From a phage, in sequence record PZ347661.1: 64,000 bases of DNA; one strand, written 5' to 3'. Below, piece after piece: positions 28,188 to 39,531 of the stretch. Each line of letters starts with the position of its first letter. The stretch's first letter is position 1. A program made the position numbers and the translations under genes. Under the pieces are notes generated by a model. The model was given only the letters and a program-made list of their open reading frames with translations, ran no database searches and was not told where the DNA came from.

Positions 28188-28679
28188 ATGTCAGAAGAAA
28201 TTAAAGTCCATTTCACCAATTATATCGGAACCAAGTGTGTAAATGGTTTCCCGATGAACAAAGAAACATACTGCAAACTTCGTGGCTGGAATGTACCTGC
28301 TAAAGAAGACCCACTAGAAGAAGGTTATTTAGTCGAGTACCCAGACTCTAAGTCCAACCATCCTCAGTTCCGTGGCTATATTAGCTGGTCACCTAAAGCT
28401 GCATTCGAAGCTGCATACCATGACGTAGAAAAAGGTTGTACCTTTGGTCATACAGTAGAGCTTCTCAAATCAGGCTTCAGAATGACCCGTAAAGGTTGGA
28501 ACGGAAAAGGAATGTATATCACCTTAGTATCTGGTGAAAATTGGGCCATGGATAAACATGAAAATACCGTTTGTGAGAAACGGGATTGGCTGGGTATTAA
28601 AACCGTTGATAACCAGTTTATGCCATGGGTTCCATCTCAATCAGATGTATTAGCAGAAGATTGGGTGTTAGCTCAGTAA
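28188..28679 (+). CDS. two-domain protein with C-terminal DUF2829 (Tad2-like) domain (putative)
   Basis: C-terminal TFGHTVELLKSGFRMTRKGWNGKGMYITLV ... PWVPSQSDVLAEDWVLAQ matches the DUF2829 pattern as recalled; N-terminal ~80 aa has no recognised motif. Confidence 0.45.
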   Translation: MSEEIKVHFTNYIGTKCVNGFPMNKETYCKLRGWNVPAKEDPLEEGYLVEYPDSKSNHPQFRGYISWSPKAAFEAAYHDVEKGCTFGHTVELLKSGFRMTRKGWNGKGMYITLVSGENWAMDKHENTVCEKRDWLGIKTVDNQFMPWVPSQSDVLAEDWVLAQ

Positions 28680-28685
28680 AAAGAT

Positions 28686-28710
28686 AAGCCCCTCATTAGA
28701 GGGGCTTTTT
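28686..28710. terminator. bidirectional rho-independent terminator between convergent genes
   Basis: AAGCCCCTC-atta-GAGGGGCTT with T-run on + strand and A-run upstream, so a U-run on - strand; lies between + gene end 28679 and - gene end 28714. Confidence 0.7.
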
Positions 28711-28713
28711 CAT

Positions 28714-31700
28714 TTAGTTAGTGAGGTTGAGCCAAGGGTTCAGGTTATGAGCACGTAAGCCTTGACCGAAACCGAAGGAGTAACCAAGGTTGCCTTGTGC
28801 AGCAATGCTAAAGATGTTGTCCTGAATAGGCAGGCCAACGTTACCAAACATAGTAGGAGTTGGAGCCAGCATAGCCATAGCAGCATGTACAGGGTTGTTA
28901 CGAATCATGGACACTGCAACTTTTGCGGAACGAATCTTAAAGTTGTAGAACCACATAAGACCAACGCTTTCCATATAACCACGGAAGCGTCCTGGCAAAC
29001 GGTCATAGTTAATGAACTCTTCCGTCACACGTCCAAGTGCTTCTTCACGGGTTTTACCTTTACGCTTAGTCAGTTCATCATAGATGATCGCTTTAGCAAT
29101 AAAGTCAGAGTACTCAACCGTCTTCTGGATACCCTGGAAGAGAGCAGTATCCTTAGTGATAAGTGCATAACGACCTGCATTGCGTACAGACTTAGGCAGC
29201 TTATCAGCCAGCTTATCCATGTATTCGTGGAGTTTGCCCTCAGTAATCAGGATGTCATCACGTCCAATACCAGCATCTGCAATTGAGGAGAACTCACCTG
29301 CTTCTAGCAGAGGCCAGATACTCAAACGCTTATGACTATCCGTGATGGACTGAATCTCAGCTTTCAACTTACGAATCTGGTTCGGGTTAGTAGCTGCACG
29401 TAATTCTGCTTCTGCATCTACCTGACGTAAACGAGATTTCAGATACTGGTTAATCTCAGCAGTCTTCTGTGGAATGCTCTTAGCAATGTTCTTAACGGGT
29501 ACACCACGAGCAACCATCTGATAAAGGTTAGCCAGGAAGTTAACAGCAGGTACGACTACTGACTTAACTACAATCAGAGTCTTAGCTTCTTTAACTAAGT
29601 TTTGAACCAGGTTCTCACCACCCATTACATACTTGTAGGCACGGTTGCCGAATACACCCAACATAGCCTTCTTGAAGGTATCCAGCGTTTCTGGGGACCA
29701 ACGAGAATTACCAGACCAGGCATCACCAACGGAAGCTGCACGATAACCAAGAGCATCATTAAGCATGTCACGACGTACCCACAGCTCACCTGGGCCAAAC
29801 AGACTTTCTGCTTTCTGACGTGTTTCACTGTTCATCAGTTTAAGAGCATCGGCAGTTACTGGGTCCAGTTTAGAACCAAGAAGGTTAACGTACTGAGACT
29901 TATTAGAAGCAGACATCTTAATGTCGTTCTCATACATGCTATACAGATTCTCAATTAGCATATCGTTGAAACGCTGGGCCTTGGCCTCTTCTACCTGACG
30001 ACCACGCCATACACCAATTGCACGAGCAAGATGGTTCTCACCCTCAATGTGCTTCAGCATGTTAGGGTCAATGGATTGCTCATAAGCAACCACATTACCA
30101 TTGGCATCATATACAGGCAGAAGTGGTTCATTACCTCGTTCACCACGAGCCAGTGCTTTGGTGATACGGTCCACGGAAGGCTTGTCAGTAATACGACCTG
30201 CTACCATGGTTCCCATCGTAAAGCCTGTACCAAGGTCTACACCACCAGCAGTATTACGAACGTTCTGTAAGATACCCTGTGAGAATGGAGCCTGTGACTG
30301 TACTGGTGCAAAGTAGTAGCTACGTGCTGGACCACGATTAGCAGAGCTACCCTGATAAGTACCCAGACGTACATAAGACTTCTCAATCAAATCAGCAAAT
30401 TGATTATCTTCAGCAACAATCAGGTTAACACCTTGTTTGTTCTCACCAGGGATATACCCTTTGTACTGGTTCAAGGTTGCACGCGAATCAGACTTGGCTT
30501 TAGCCATTTCATCCTTACGTTGACCAACCAGGTAAGAAGTAGCAAAGTCCATACCTTCAATTTCTGTCTGAGCCAGTAAAGATAACATCTCACGGTCAGA
30601 TTTATTCATTGCTTCCAGTGCATACAGGGTAATGAGTTTATCCAGTTGAGCTACATCAACAACAGAGCGTGTAGTCTTACGCTCACCCAGCAAGCGTGAA
30701 ATTGCAGTAGCATTACGCAACAAGTTATTTCCGACTGTACCATTAATCATGTACTGAGCCAGTTGCTTAGATTTACGGCTAATCAGATGCCAGTTACGTC
30801 CTGCTTGTTTCTGCAAATCTGCTTCCAGTTTATTAACCTCACGGTCAACAATCTTCTGGTCAGACAACAGGTCACGAATTTCAGCCAGAGACATAGTGTC
30901 ACGCAGGACAGCTAAGTCAGTTTTACCCATACCGGTATGCATTGCTTTCCACTCAACATTAGTCAGCTTACGGCTGAACTTAGATGCGATAGTGGTAGGC
31001 AGGTGTTCACGGAACTGTTGACGGTCAGCCTGTACCTGTGCACGTACTGCTTTAATCAAATCATATACAGAAGCATTACTCTTAGTACGACCGATTATGT
31101 CATTAACCAGGTCATGGAACGGTTGCCATACTTTACCCTGGTTCATTGCAGCCATAACACCTTCAGCTACGATTGAACCATTCTTCTCTGTAGCAATAGC
31201 AGCTACCAGTTGTGCAGCATGAGCAGCACCTTTAACCAATGGGTTCTTGGTATTAGCTGCAACTTCACGAGCACCTTCCAAAGCACGGGTAGACAGTACA
31301 TCAATAGAATCCACCAGATACTGGTTAGCACGGTCAATAGCATTACCGGTAGGAGTAGCAACGGAATCATAGAAGGACTCTGCATTAAGACTGGTCTGCA
31401 TAATTGTCTGAGCTAGTGCATCCATACCTTCTTGTACGTTAGTGGCTTTAGTATCGCCTGCTACACGGGCATTCAGACTAGCCATTGCAGCAGTACCGAT
31501 GTTAGTCAGCATTGCATCAACAGTATTGCCTGACTTCTTATCTGCTTTCATAACAGGAATATCAGCCAGTACTTTACGTACCTCTTCACTTACCATTGCC
31601 AGACCAACAAAGGTAGGCAGCAAGGAAGAACGACCCTGTGCATCAAACTCAATGTTGTTAGCACCCATGATGGTATCGAACTTCTGCTGTGCATAGTAAC

Positions 31701-34700
31701 GGTCAGCAGGGTTAGTACTATCTGGGTCAGCCATGAACGATTCAACAGTTAGGTTCTTAGTAACGTGTGTGTAGTATTCCTGTGCACGAGCCATGGCAGC
31801 TGGGTTAATAGCAGCCTCGGTAGCCAGTGCAGCAACAATGTTAGTGAAGAGACGCTGTTCCTGCATATTCATGGTGAAGCCATGAGCCTGAACATCACGA
31901 GTTACTTTAGTTGCATTCACTACTGCATCAGAGAACTTACCTTTACGAATTACTTGCTGTACTGGTTCTGAACCAATGTAGTCAGTAATCAGTTTATCGA
32001 AGGTTTTTCCTAACTCTTCCAGACGAGTATTGTTACCGTATGCTTTGTTATGGAACAGGGTAGTGTCCTTAGCTACAGCAGCAGTAGGAGCCTGTCCACG
32101 CATAACTACAGCAGAGTTAAACAGTAAGCCAGAGAACATATCATCTGCATTAGACGGAGCTTTCTTACGTCCAAATACCAGGCGTTTGATTGCTTCATAT
32201 ACAGCCTGAGCCATAGCTTTAAGTGCAGTGGTTTTCTTCTGCTTACCAATCAGTTCACGGTTAGTTAAGCCCCAAGCCATGTACTCATTCAATGCAGCAG
32301 CTTTAGCCATTGCTGGTTCAATGAAGCCATTGGACAAGTGACCATTAATGGTATTCAGTGCATCAGCATATGCTTCACGTACTACCGGAGATTCATCCTT
32401 AACATCCAGAGTACGGAATTGGTTCATCAGGTCTTCAATATTCTGGACAGCTTCATTAGGAGTACCCTCATAGTGAGCCAGTACAGATTCAAAAGTAGAG
32501 GCATGTACTAATTCATGAACCAGAGTCTCTAAGGAAGGGGTAACTAAGTAGATGGTCTTATCTTCAAAGTTAGTCCAGCCATATGCATTACCAGCTTCAG
32601 CAGCTTCAATATCTTCCGGTGCAGGGCGAGTAATATTCTTCTCAATAGCGTAGGCATCCAGTTGAGAAGGTGTACCGTAAACAACCTTATAGTCTTTAGC
32701 AGCAAGAGATTTCTGTATTTCTTTCAATACTGCTTGCTGTTCAGGAGACATCTCTTTAGCCAGCTTAGTGATAGCAGTATTAGACAGCAGACGTACACCA
32801 GACTTCAGTACACGACCTACCTTCTCCATAGCTGGTACAACTTTCACCGGCACTTCCTTCACTGGTTCTGCCTTCGTTGGTTCCGCTTTAGCAGCACGTA
32901 CTGCTTCACGACGCTTGTTTAGTTCAGCATCAAACAGCTCGTTCAGCTTAGCTACTTGCTGGTCTACAGTCAGACCTTCCAGAGAGATTTTACCGTTGTT
33001 CACATAAGGAGCACCTACAGCAGCCATCTGGTCAACAGTGACCTGTACCTGGTCCATTACCTTGTGACGAATATCTACACCCAAAGCAATGTTACGCAGG
33101 TTACGCTCAATCAGTGCAATACCAGAATCTCTAATCATAGAAATTTTATAATCTCTATCACCATCTACTCTGGCAATATGAGCACGTTGCTCAAAGTCTA
33201 AAGCAGACTTTGCAATAGCATCTATTGCTGAATCGGACAGCTTATTTAAATCAACATTCTTAACAAACTTAGAGAAAGACTCATATACATTCTTGATAGG
33301 GTTACCCTGCCAGGAAGTATATACAGCCTCATTAGCTTTACGGCTTGCATCAGTAATGTCATTAATACCAATGTTCATACCATCAAAGATTTTCAGGGTA
33401 TTCTTCGGAGCACCTTTCATAGTAGAAAGAGTCTGCATCATCATGCCATCACCAGTACCGATGGTCATAAATGGAATACCTGCAACACCTGCTTGCGAAG
33501 GAGCATAGATGCTCATTGGCACACGCATACGGTCATCTAAGTTGGTGGCCAGTACTTGGTTAGCAACATCAGTGTTTTCACTACCAGCAATGTAGAAAGT
33601 CTGTGAGCCAGTCTTAATCATTGGAGCCAGTGGTGCTAAGCTATTCTGGATTTCATTCAGTTCTTTCTGTGTTAAGAAATCGCCTTTTTTCCATGTTGGG
33701 TCTTTTTCTTTTTCTGCCAGCTTAGCCTGTACTGCCTGTTGGAACATATCCTGCAATACCAGAGATTGTATCTGAGTAGCCTTCTGCAAGTTCTCAGTAG
33801 AGTGCATCAACCCTTCACCAACAGTAAATCGGATACCTTGTCTCATTGGCTCAACAAAGAAATGCAGCATATTCTCTTGTAAGTTCTTCAGAGCATCCCC
33901 GGATACGGTAAACTCCTGAGGATTTAACTCACCAGTCAGAACACCATCTACTTCCTTAATAAATAACCTACCTTTGCGTTTGGCTGGAATCTTGCCAGTC
34001 AATGCTTCCATAGAAGTAAGGAAGGTATCCAGCATAGCCTGAGCATCAGCTTCAGAAGCAGCCTCCTTACCAAACATCGCCATAGCTGGGGAAATGCTAG
34101 GGTCAGCAGCACGGGCTTTTAGAACGTCGCTTAAGCGTTCATAGATGGCGTCAGTAATTGCACTTACCATCTTGCCTGCAATACCGCGAGCACCAGAACC
34201 ATAAATGGTAATAGTCAGTGGGTTTTTAGCGATACCACGCTTCAGGTCCAGAGTACCATCTTCATTAAGATTGAAGTCTTTGATGAACAGGTCCATTAAC
34301 TTCTGGAGATGGTCCATCTGATTTATAATAGGAATATTTTTGCTGTAAGTATTGCGTAGTTCATTCAGATGGAATTGCAGACTATTGGTAGATGCTTCAT
34401 ACAGGTCAACATTATCATCCTGAGTATGATGCTCATTCATAGTCTTACCGGCTTTACCGAAGAACAAACCACCTTTAGCAGTATTCTTAATCCAGTTTGG
34501 GGTGAACTTACCACCAGTCATTAATACCATTGCGTTGATTGGCCCGTTGGTTACACCATCGGCTTCAACGTACAGTGGGGTATTAAAGTTGGCTCGGTCA
34601 TCACTGTTAAGGTAACGGGCATATTCCATAAGAGCCATGAGAGCTACAAATGATTTATCATTACCCAGAGATGTTCTCAGGATATCCACTGCGTCAGCAG

Positions 34701-37700
34701 GCAAGTATCCAGACTTATCAAACTCAACCATCATATCTACAGCAGGCTTCAGTTTACCTTCCAGAGCCTTGGTAAGTTCTTCTGACATAGTTTCACGAGT
34801 CATTTTATGAACTTTGATACCCAATGCCTGAGCCAGACCTAACTGGAAGCCAGAGAAGTCTTCATTGTTTTGGTTCGATAAATCCAGAGTAGCTTTAGTA
34901 GGTAAGATAGCCTCACGAACCAGCTTAGCTGATTGAGGATTGTATTTGCCCAACATCTGCATACGACCAACACGGGTCATATTGTAAGCATAGTGAATAG
35001 GTACAGAAGAAATGTCTTCACTCTGTGCTCTCACCTGTTCAATAACAGAGAACAGTTGGTTGTAAGAATCTTCTACAGAACGATTCTTACCTTCCAGAGA
35101 TTTAGCATGGTTCTTATTAAGTAAATCCTTATCCAGAGTACCTGCACCCATCAGTTCAAGGATACGGTCTTTACCTAATGCTTCATAGAACTGAACCATT
35201 GGAGTATGTACAAAGAACTCAGTAGCCTGTTCTGCTTTAAGAGCAGCTTTCTGTTCTGGAGTATTACGGACAGCAGGGTTACGTAACTGAGTAGGAGCCA
35301 CTGAAGGAATATCATCACCCAGGTACAATTTCTCTTCTGGTTCTACGAGGACAGCTTCCTCGATAGCAGTAGGGAATTTGTTAATGGCATCGTTATCATC
35401 CAGTTTCTCAATGGTATACAGACCAATAGTCTTATTAGATTCTGGGTCAATTTCAGACACATCAAGCATAGACTCTTTAACTTCACCCATCTCAATGAGA
35501 GAAGACAGAATCTCTGTAGCCATTGCCATTGGAATACCTTTGGTATAACCCAATGGTGCATCAGCATTACGATTAAGTCCCCAATAAGATTCAATCTTTT
35601 GAGCCAGTGAGTTAGTAGCTTCTACTAAGGTTTGTGCATTCTCAAATTCTGCGAGGATGCCCTCTGGTAACAAGGAAGCATTTACACCAGTAATTGCAGC
35701 CACATCCTGCATGTCTTTAATAGCAGCATTCTGTGTAGCAGTAAGTCGCCATTGCAGACCAGCAAGTACAGCAGTCTCTAATAACTGGTCATTGAACTTA
35801 AAGGTATCACCATCTTTCTCTACGATGTTAAGCAGTTTGCCACCTACCCAACGGTTAGCCTCAGTACCCTCTGCAAAACGTTTACCAACATTCTTGTTAG
35901 CAAGGAACTTAGCCAGACGATCAGACAGAGTAGTCTTCAGAGTTTCACCAAAATCAAATAAGTCCTGGTAACGCTTAATCACATCACTTGTGAGAGCGTT
36001 ATTTTCTCTTTGAGTGAATGCTTCAAAACGAGCAGCAGAAGACAATGCTTTCTTAACATCAGTCAAAGGAGATTCAGAACCAATGGTACGAGACTTAGGT
36101 TCTTCTGGAAGAGAAAATGCTTTAAGGAACTGGTTCGGTGTCTTGTCGTTGTTATAGACAGGGAACACTGTTTCTATTCCCGATAGAGGTTTACCGCCAA
36201 CGGTATAGTCTGCTTTCAGTTGAGCCAGTGATACTTCTTCCTTCTCGACGTTATTGGTATTAAGCCCAGATGTATCTACACCAATCTGAATCAGTGCATT
36301 GTTTGCTTCTACGAATGATTGAACAGTATTAAATTGTTCCGGGGTCAGCTTCTGGTTATCAAACAGTTGCAAAGATACAAATGGTTGTTCACTACCTTTG
36401 TAGAAGGTAGAGCGAATAGCACCAGTATCTAAAGACATATCACGATAACCATCATGACCAAATACATCAGACAGACTGATATGGTCACCATTAGAACCAA
36501 CAACAGTACCATCAGCAAAGAGCCATGGACTTTCCCTACGGTCACCATACTTATTAAGAGTATCTTGTGAAATAGTATTCTCTTTCACATAAGAATCTCT
36601 TTCAGATTCAGTAGGCTGTTCAACGGTATCCTGTTTTTCAGACTGGTTCTCAGGTTCTTTTACAGTCTGTGGTTTAGACTCTTTATTAGTAGGTTCTGTT
36701 TTAACAGCTTCACTAACAGAGGGTTTAGTCTGTACAGTAGGGGTAACTGGTTCCTGTTTCGTAACAGGAGTTTCATCAACCTGATTCACTGGTTCATTGG
36801 TCTGTTGGGATTGAGCAGCATCAAGATTGCCCTGACGGAACTCTTTAACTACCTGGGCAGCAGGCTTGTCCAGACGTGAATCCAATGGGGTAACTTTCAC
36901 ATGAGAAACATTAAGCTCCGGGTAAGCCGTAGCAAGTGCGTTAGCAATATCAGCTACGGTCTTGGCTTCCAGTCCTACTTGCTGGGCAAACTTAACAGAC
37001 TTGGTATCATACGGATTGACACCGAGGCCAGTACGACTACGTACCCATTCACGCGAGGGAGTAAGAGCCTGATAATGGACAGACTTATTCTTATCCGCAT
37101 TCCCAGAAATCAGATGCTCATTCAACGCTCCGACCTTATTCTGCATGTGCTGGGCGAACTTCATAAAGTCGTCGAGATAAGCGGAAGCCAAATCGAAGTT
37201 ACCAGAGTTGTACGCAGAACGAATGCGTTTAGCATGTTGCAACGCAGAGTACTGGCCTTCATTAGAACGAGATTCGTCGGTTTTAATTTGTTTACTAACA
37301 ATGTCTTGAGGACGTAAGCCTAGTTCTTCTGCTTTAGCGTCAAATTCTCGTGCTCCTTGCAATAGAGCAGCAGCAGATTGCAGGGCAGCACGCTGACGAT
37401 TCCCCAGTGTAATCTTACCTTCACTCGCATGTTTCAGAACCATGTTCACTGAATCTGCATCCAGTACTTCTGGAGACACATCAGCAGCCATAGCAATATT
37501 GTTTGCCTGGGCTTGGTTAGCTTCTTCAGTAGCTTTCAGTTTACCTGCTTCAGCCTGTTCCTGAATCATGGAATGAATGGCACGGAATGCACGGAGTACT
37601 TTCGGTGTATTCTGAACATTAGCCATCAGGCCGGAGAACTGGTCAACGATATTAGCAGCAGGAGAACCCTGTTCCAGATTAGCTAATGCACCTGGGTCAC

Positions 37701-39531
37701 GGTTAATGAAGCTATCCATAGACATGATGTTGTCATACATCTGGATTGCAGCTTCCATTTGAACGTTAGGGTCTTCAGCAGTATTAACCAGGTCAGCCAT
37801 CTTCTGAATAGCTTCAACACGGTTAGTGGAACCAGAAACAGCTTCACGGATTGCAGGACTAGCTTGTTCCAGTTCTACTGGGTCAAACTTCATTGCCTGA
37901 GTTAAGTCAGCAGCATACTGAGTAGCAGCAGCTTTCTCTTCAGGAGAAATATCCATTGCATCTACTGCTTCCTGAACAGTTGCTTGTGCTTGTTCTGCCT
38001 GAGCAGTAGCTTCCTGTGCAGCAGCGTTAACTGTAGCATCTGATACAGGGGATGCTTGTTCATTACGCTTAGCAACTTCTTCTCCACGTTGAACCAGAAT
38101 GTTAGTAATAGGTGAAGCTACTTTTGCTAATGCCTTACCAGCCAGAGAAGCACCAGCCAAGGTAGTACGTACAGCAGGACCAACGGCAGCACCAGCAGCC
38201 TTAACAGTTGCACCAGGAGCTTGAGCAACTCCAGCAGAACCGAAGCCGTACAGTGCACCCAGACCTGCTTGCTCACCAACACCTTTGAGGATGTCACGAG
38301 ATGCATCAACATTACCTTGGATTGCCTTGTTCTGTGCAAACTGACTTGTACCAGACTGGATACCTTCTTCTACAGTCTCACGCAGCATGTTGGAACCAGC
38401 ACCAGCCAGTGAACCTACCTTAAGTGGATTAAGTTCAAACTTGGATACCAATGGAGCAGTAAGAGCAGCAACTGGAGCAGTTAAACCAGCAGCAGTGATA
38501 CCTGTTTCAGATGCAGTCTGACGTCGTGCCTCTTCAGGAGTTAAGCCGTCTTTAATGTGTTGTTGGTATACAGGAGATTTAGCAGCCAGTTCACTGAATG
38601 GCATTTCCATAATTTCATTGGCAGTCTGTTGATATGCACCACCAGCTTCCATACCACCAATTGCTATAGCAGGTGCAGCAATACGACCAGCAGTCTGTGC
38701 AATCCGTGCAGGACGTGAACCTAACTCAGCAGCTAAGGTAATACCCTTAACAGCTTTGTCCCCACCTACCATTACTTTACCAAGTGCGGATACACCACGG
38801 ATAAGTGGACCACCAGTGAAGAGAGAACCAACGCCTTCAGCCAGACCATCTGTAGCAGCCATGCCATTGGACAAGGTATTAGCAACAGAATCATAAGCAT
38901 CCCGACCAATTCGAGACAGAGAAGCAACGAGTTCACTTTCTCCTTTAGCAATATCCTGCTTATAGAGTTTCTCATTTTCCTGTGCAGATATTACGTTCTG
39001 GTTCTGTACTACATTACGACGAGCATTCAGTGCATCAGACTGTAGGTTGTGTACACCTTTATTCAACCAGTCAAGACCGGAAGCAATGGATGCCCCGGCA
39101 TTATCATTGACCAAGCCTGTGCCAAGAGCAGCAATGCCCCCAAGGGTATTAGCAACACCAAGACCAACACCAGAAAGGGTATCACCAAGTGCTTCACCAT
39201 ATGTGCGACTCTTAGTTAAATCACGACGAACAGCATTAGCTGCATTGACACGAGCATTGAGAATGTCCATTCCTTGCTCATTGCCATACTTGTTTACGAT
39301 TTCAAGAGGGGAGGCATTAGTAAAATCTGCCTGAATAGAACCTGGGTCAAATGCACCAGCACCTAAGTCACCGGCACGTCCTGCCTGTAATTGGTAAGCG
39401 TTCTGAGAAGTTAATTGGAAAGGGTTTTGCCCTTGTTCAGCTTGTTTCCGAGAGGTTGCAGTAGAGACATCGACTTGCTTAGCAGTAGTGATGCTGTCTG
39501 CGAAACCTGCCAGACGGTCAAATGTTGACAT
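28714..39531 (-). CDS. virion-encapsidated RNA polymerase (N4 vRNAP-like giant protein)
   Basis: About 3600-aa ORF at the head of the late block; central region has single-subunit RNAP-like motifs (VEADGVTNG, KNPLTITIYGSGARG, KIFDGMN); ATG at 39531 with AGGA RBS, alternative TTG at 39549. Confidence 0.85.
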   Translation of the reverse strand: MSTFDRLAGFADSITTAKQVDVSTATSRKQAEQGQNPFQLTSQNAYQLQAGRAGDLGAGAFDPGSIQADFTNASPLEIVNKYGNEQGMDILNARVNAANAVRRDLTKSRTYGEALGDTLSGVGLGVANTLGGIAALGTGLVNDNAGASIASGLDWLNKGVHNLQSDALNARRNVVQNQNVISAQENEKLYKQDIAKGESELVASLSRIGRDAYDSVANTLSNGMAATDGLAEGVGSLFTGGPLIRGVSALGKVMVGGDKAVKGITLAAELGSRPARIAQTAGRIAAPAIAIGGMEAGGAYQQTANEIMEMPFSELAAKSPVYQQHIKDGLTPEEARRQTASETGITAAGLTAPVAALTAPLVSKFELNPLKVGSLAGAGSNMLRETVEEGIQSGTSQFAQNKAIQGNVDASRDILKGVGEQAGLGALYGFGSAGVAQAPGATVKAAGAAVGPAVRTTLAGASLAGKALAKVASPITNILVQRGEEVAKRNEQASPVSDATVNAAAQEATAQAEQAQATVQEAVDAMDISPEEKAAATQYAADLTQAMKFDPVELEQASPAIREAVSGSTNRVEAIQKMADLVNTAEDPNVQMEAAIQMYDNIMSMDSFINRDPGALANLEQGSPAANIVDQFSGLMANVQNTPKVLRAFRAIHSMIQEQAEAGKLKATEEANQAQANNIAMAADVSPEVLDADSVNMVLKHASEGKITLGNRQRAALQSAAALLQGAREFDAKAEELGLRPQDIVSKQIKTDESRSNEGQYSALQHAKRIRSAYNSGNFDLASAYLDDFMKFAQHMQNKVGALNEHLISGNADKNKSVHYQALTPSREWVRSRTGLGVNPYDTKSVKFAQQVGLEAKTVADIANALATAYPELNVSHVKVTPLDSRLDKPAAQVVKEFRQGNLDAAQSQQTNEPVNQVDETPVTKQEPVTPTVQTKPSVSEAVKTEPTNKESKPQTVKEPENQSEKQDTVEQPTESERDSYVKENTISQDTLNKYGDRRESPWLFADGTVVGSNGDHISLSDVFGHDGYRDMSLDTGAIRSTFYKGSEQPFVSLQLFDNQKLTPEQFNTVQSFVEANNALIQIGVDTSGLNTNNVEKEEVSLAQLKADYTVGGKPLSGIETVFPVYNNDKTPNQFLKAFSLPEEPKSRTIGSESPLTDVKKALSSAARFEAFTQRENNALTSDVIKRYQDLFDFGETLKTTLSDRLAKFLANKNVGKRFAEGTEANRWVGGKLLNIVEKDGDTFKFNDQLLETAVLAGLQWRLTATQNAAIKDMQDVAAITGVNASLLPEGILAEFENAQTLVEATNSLAQKIESYWGLNRNADAPLGYTKGIPMAMATEILSSLIEMGEVKESMLDVSEIDPESNKTIGLYTIEKLDDNDAINKFPTAIEEAVLVEPEEKLYLGDDIPSVAPTQLRNPAVRNTPEQKAALKAEQATEFFVHTPMVQFYEALGKDRILELMGAGTLDKDLLNKNHAKSLEGKNRSVEDSYNQLFSVIEQVRAQSEDISSVPIHYAYNMTRVGRMQMLGKYNPQSAKLVREAILPTKATLDLSNQNNEDFSGFQLGLAQALGIKVHKMTRETMSEELTKALEGKLKPAVDMMVEFDKSGYLPADAVDILRTSLGNDKSFVALMALMEYARYLNSDDRANFNTPLYVEADGVTNGPINAMVLMTGGKFTPNWIKNTAKGGLFFGKAGKTMNEHHTQDDNVDLYEASTNSLQFHLNELRNTYSKNIPIINQMDHLQKLMDLFIKDFNLNEDGTLDLKRGIAKNPLTITIYGSGARGIAGKMVSAITDAIYERLSDVLKARAADPSISPAMAMFGKEAASEADAQAMLDTFLTSMEALTGKIPAKRKGRLFIKEVDGVLTGELNPQEFTVSGDALKNLQENMLHFFVEPMRQGIRFTVGEGLMHSTENLQKATQIQSLVLQDMFQQAVQAKLAEKEKDPTWKKGDFLTQKELNEIQNSLAPLAPMIKTGSQTFYIAGSENTDVANQVLATNLDDRMRVPMSIYAPSQAGVAGIPFMTIGTGDGMMMQTLSTMKGAPKNTLKIFDGMNIGINDITDASRKANEAVYTSWQGNPIKNVYESFSKFVKNVDLNKLSDSAIDAIAKSALDFEQRAHIARVDGDRDYKISMIRDSGIALIERNLRNIALGVDIRHKVMDQVQVTVDQMAAVGAPYVNNGKISLEGLTVDQQVAKLNELFDAELNKRREAVRAAKAEPTKAEPVKEVPVKVVPAMEKVGRVLKSGVRLLSNTAITKLAKEMSPEQQAVLKEIQKSLAAKDYKVVYGTPSQLDAYAIEKNITRPAPEDIEAAEAGNAYGWTNFEDKTIYLVTPSLETLVHELVHASTFESVLAHYEGTPNEAVQNIEDLMNQFRTLDVKDESPVVREAYADALNTINGHLSNGFIEPAMAKAAALNEYMAWGLTNRELIGKQKKTTALKAMAQAVYEAIKRLVFGRKKAPSNADDMFSGLLFNSAVVMRGQAPTAAVAKDTTLFHNKAYGNNTRLEELGKTFDKLITDYIGSEPVQQVIRKGKFSDAVVNATKVTRDVQAHGFTMNMQEQRLFTNIVAALATEAAINPAAMARAQEYYTHVTKNLTVESFMADPDSTNPADRYYAQQKFDTIMGANNIEFDAQGRSSLLPTFVGLAMVSEEVRKVLADIPVMKADKKSGNTVDAMLTNIGTAAMASLNARVAGDTKATNVQEGMDALAQTIMQTSLNAESFYDSVATPTGNAIDRANQYLVDSIDVLSTRALEGAREVAANTKNPLVKGAAHAAQLVAAIATEKNGSIVAEGVMAAMNQGKVWQPFHDLVNDIIGRTKSNASVYDLIKAVRAQVQADRQQFREHLPTTIASKFSRKLTNVEWKAMHTGMGKTDLAVLRDTMSLAEIRDLLSDQKIVDREVNKLEADLQKQAGRNWHLISRKSKQLAQYMINGTVGNNLLRNATAISRLLGERKTTRSVVDVAQLDKLITLYALEAMNKSDREMLSLLAQTEIEGMDFATSYLVGQRKDEMAKAKSDSRATLNQYKGYIPGENKQGVNLIVAEDNQFADLIEKSYVRLGTYQGSSANRGPARSYYFAPVQSQAPFSQGILQNVRNTAGGVDLGTGFTMGTMVAGRITDKPSVDRITKALARGERGNEPLLPVYDANGNVVAYEQSIDPNMLKHIEGENHLARAIGVWRGRQVEEAKAQRFNDMLIENLYSMYENDIKMSASNKSQYVNLLGSKLDPVTADALKLMNSETRQKAESLFGPGELWVRRDMLNDALGYRAASVGDAWSGNSRWSPETLDTFKKAMLGVFGNRAYKYVMGGENLVQNLVKEAKTLIVVKSVVVPAVNFLANLYQMVARGVPVKNIAKSIPQKTAEINQYLKSRLRQVDAEAELRAATNPNQIRKLKAEIQSITDSHKRLSIWPLLEAGEFSSIADAGIGRDDILITEGKLHEYMDKLADKLPKSVRNAGRYALITKDTALFQGIQKTVEYSDFIAKAIIYDELTKRKGKTREEALGRVTEEFINYDRLPGRFRGYMESVGLMWFYNFKIRSAKVAVSMIRNNPVHAAMAMLAPTPTMFGNVGLPIQDNIFSIAAQGNLGYSFGFGQGLRAHNLNPWLNLTN

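Noticed and set aside
28762-39334. Multiple + strand ORFs of 60-170 aa within the vRNAP gene region (for example 28762-29286, 36901-37317, 39047-39334)
   Set aside because: They are antisense to a continuous 10.8-kb ORF with polymerase motifs; they are shadow ORFs with skewed composition.
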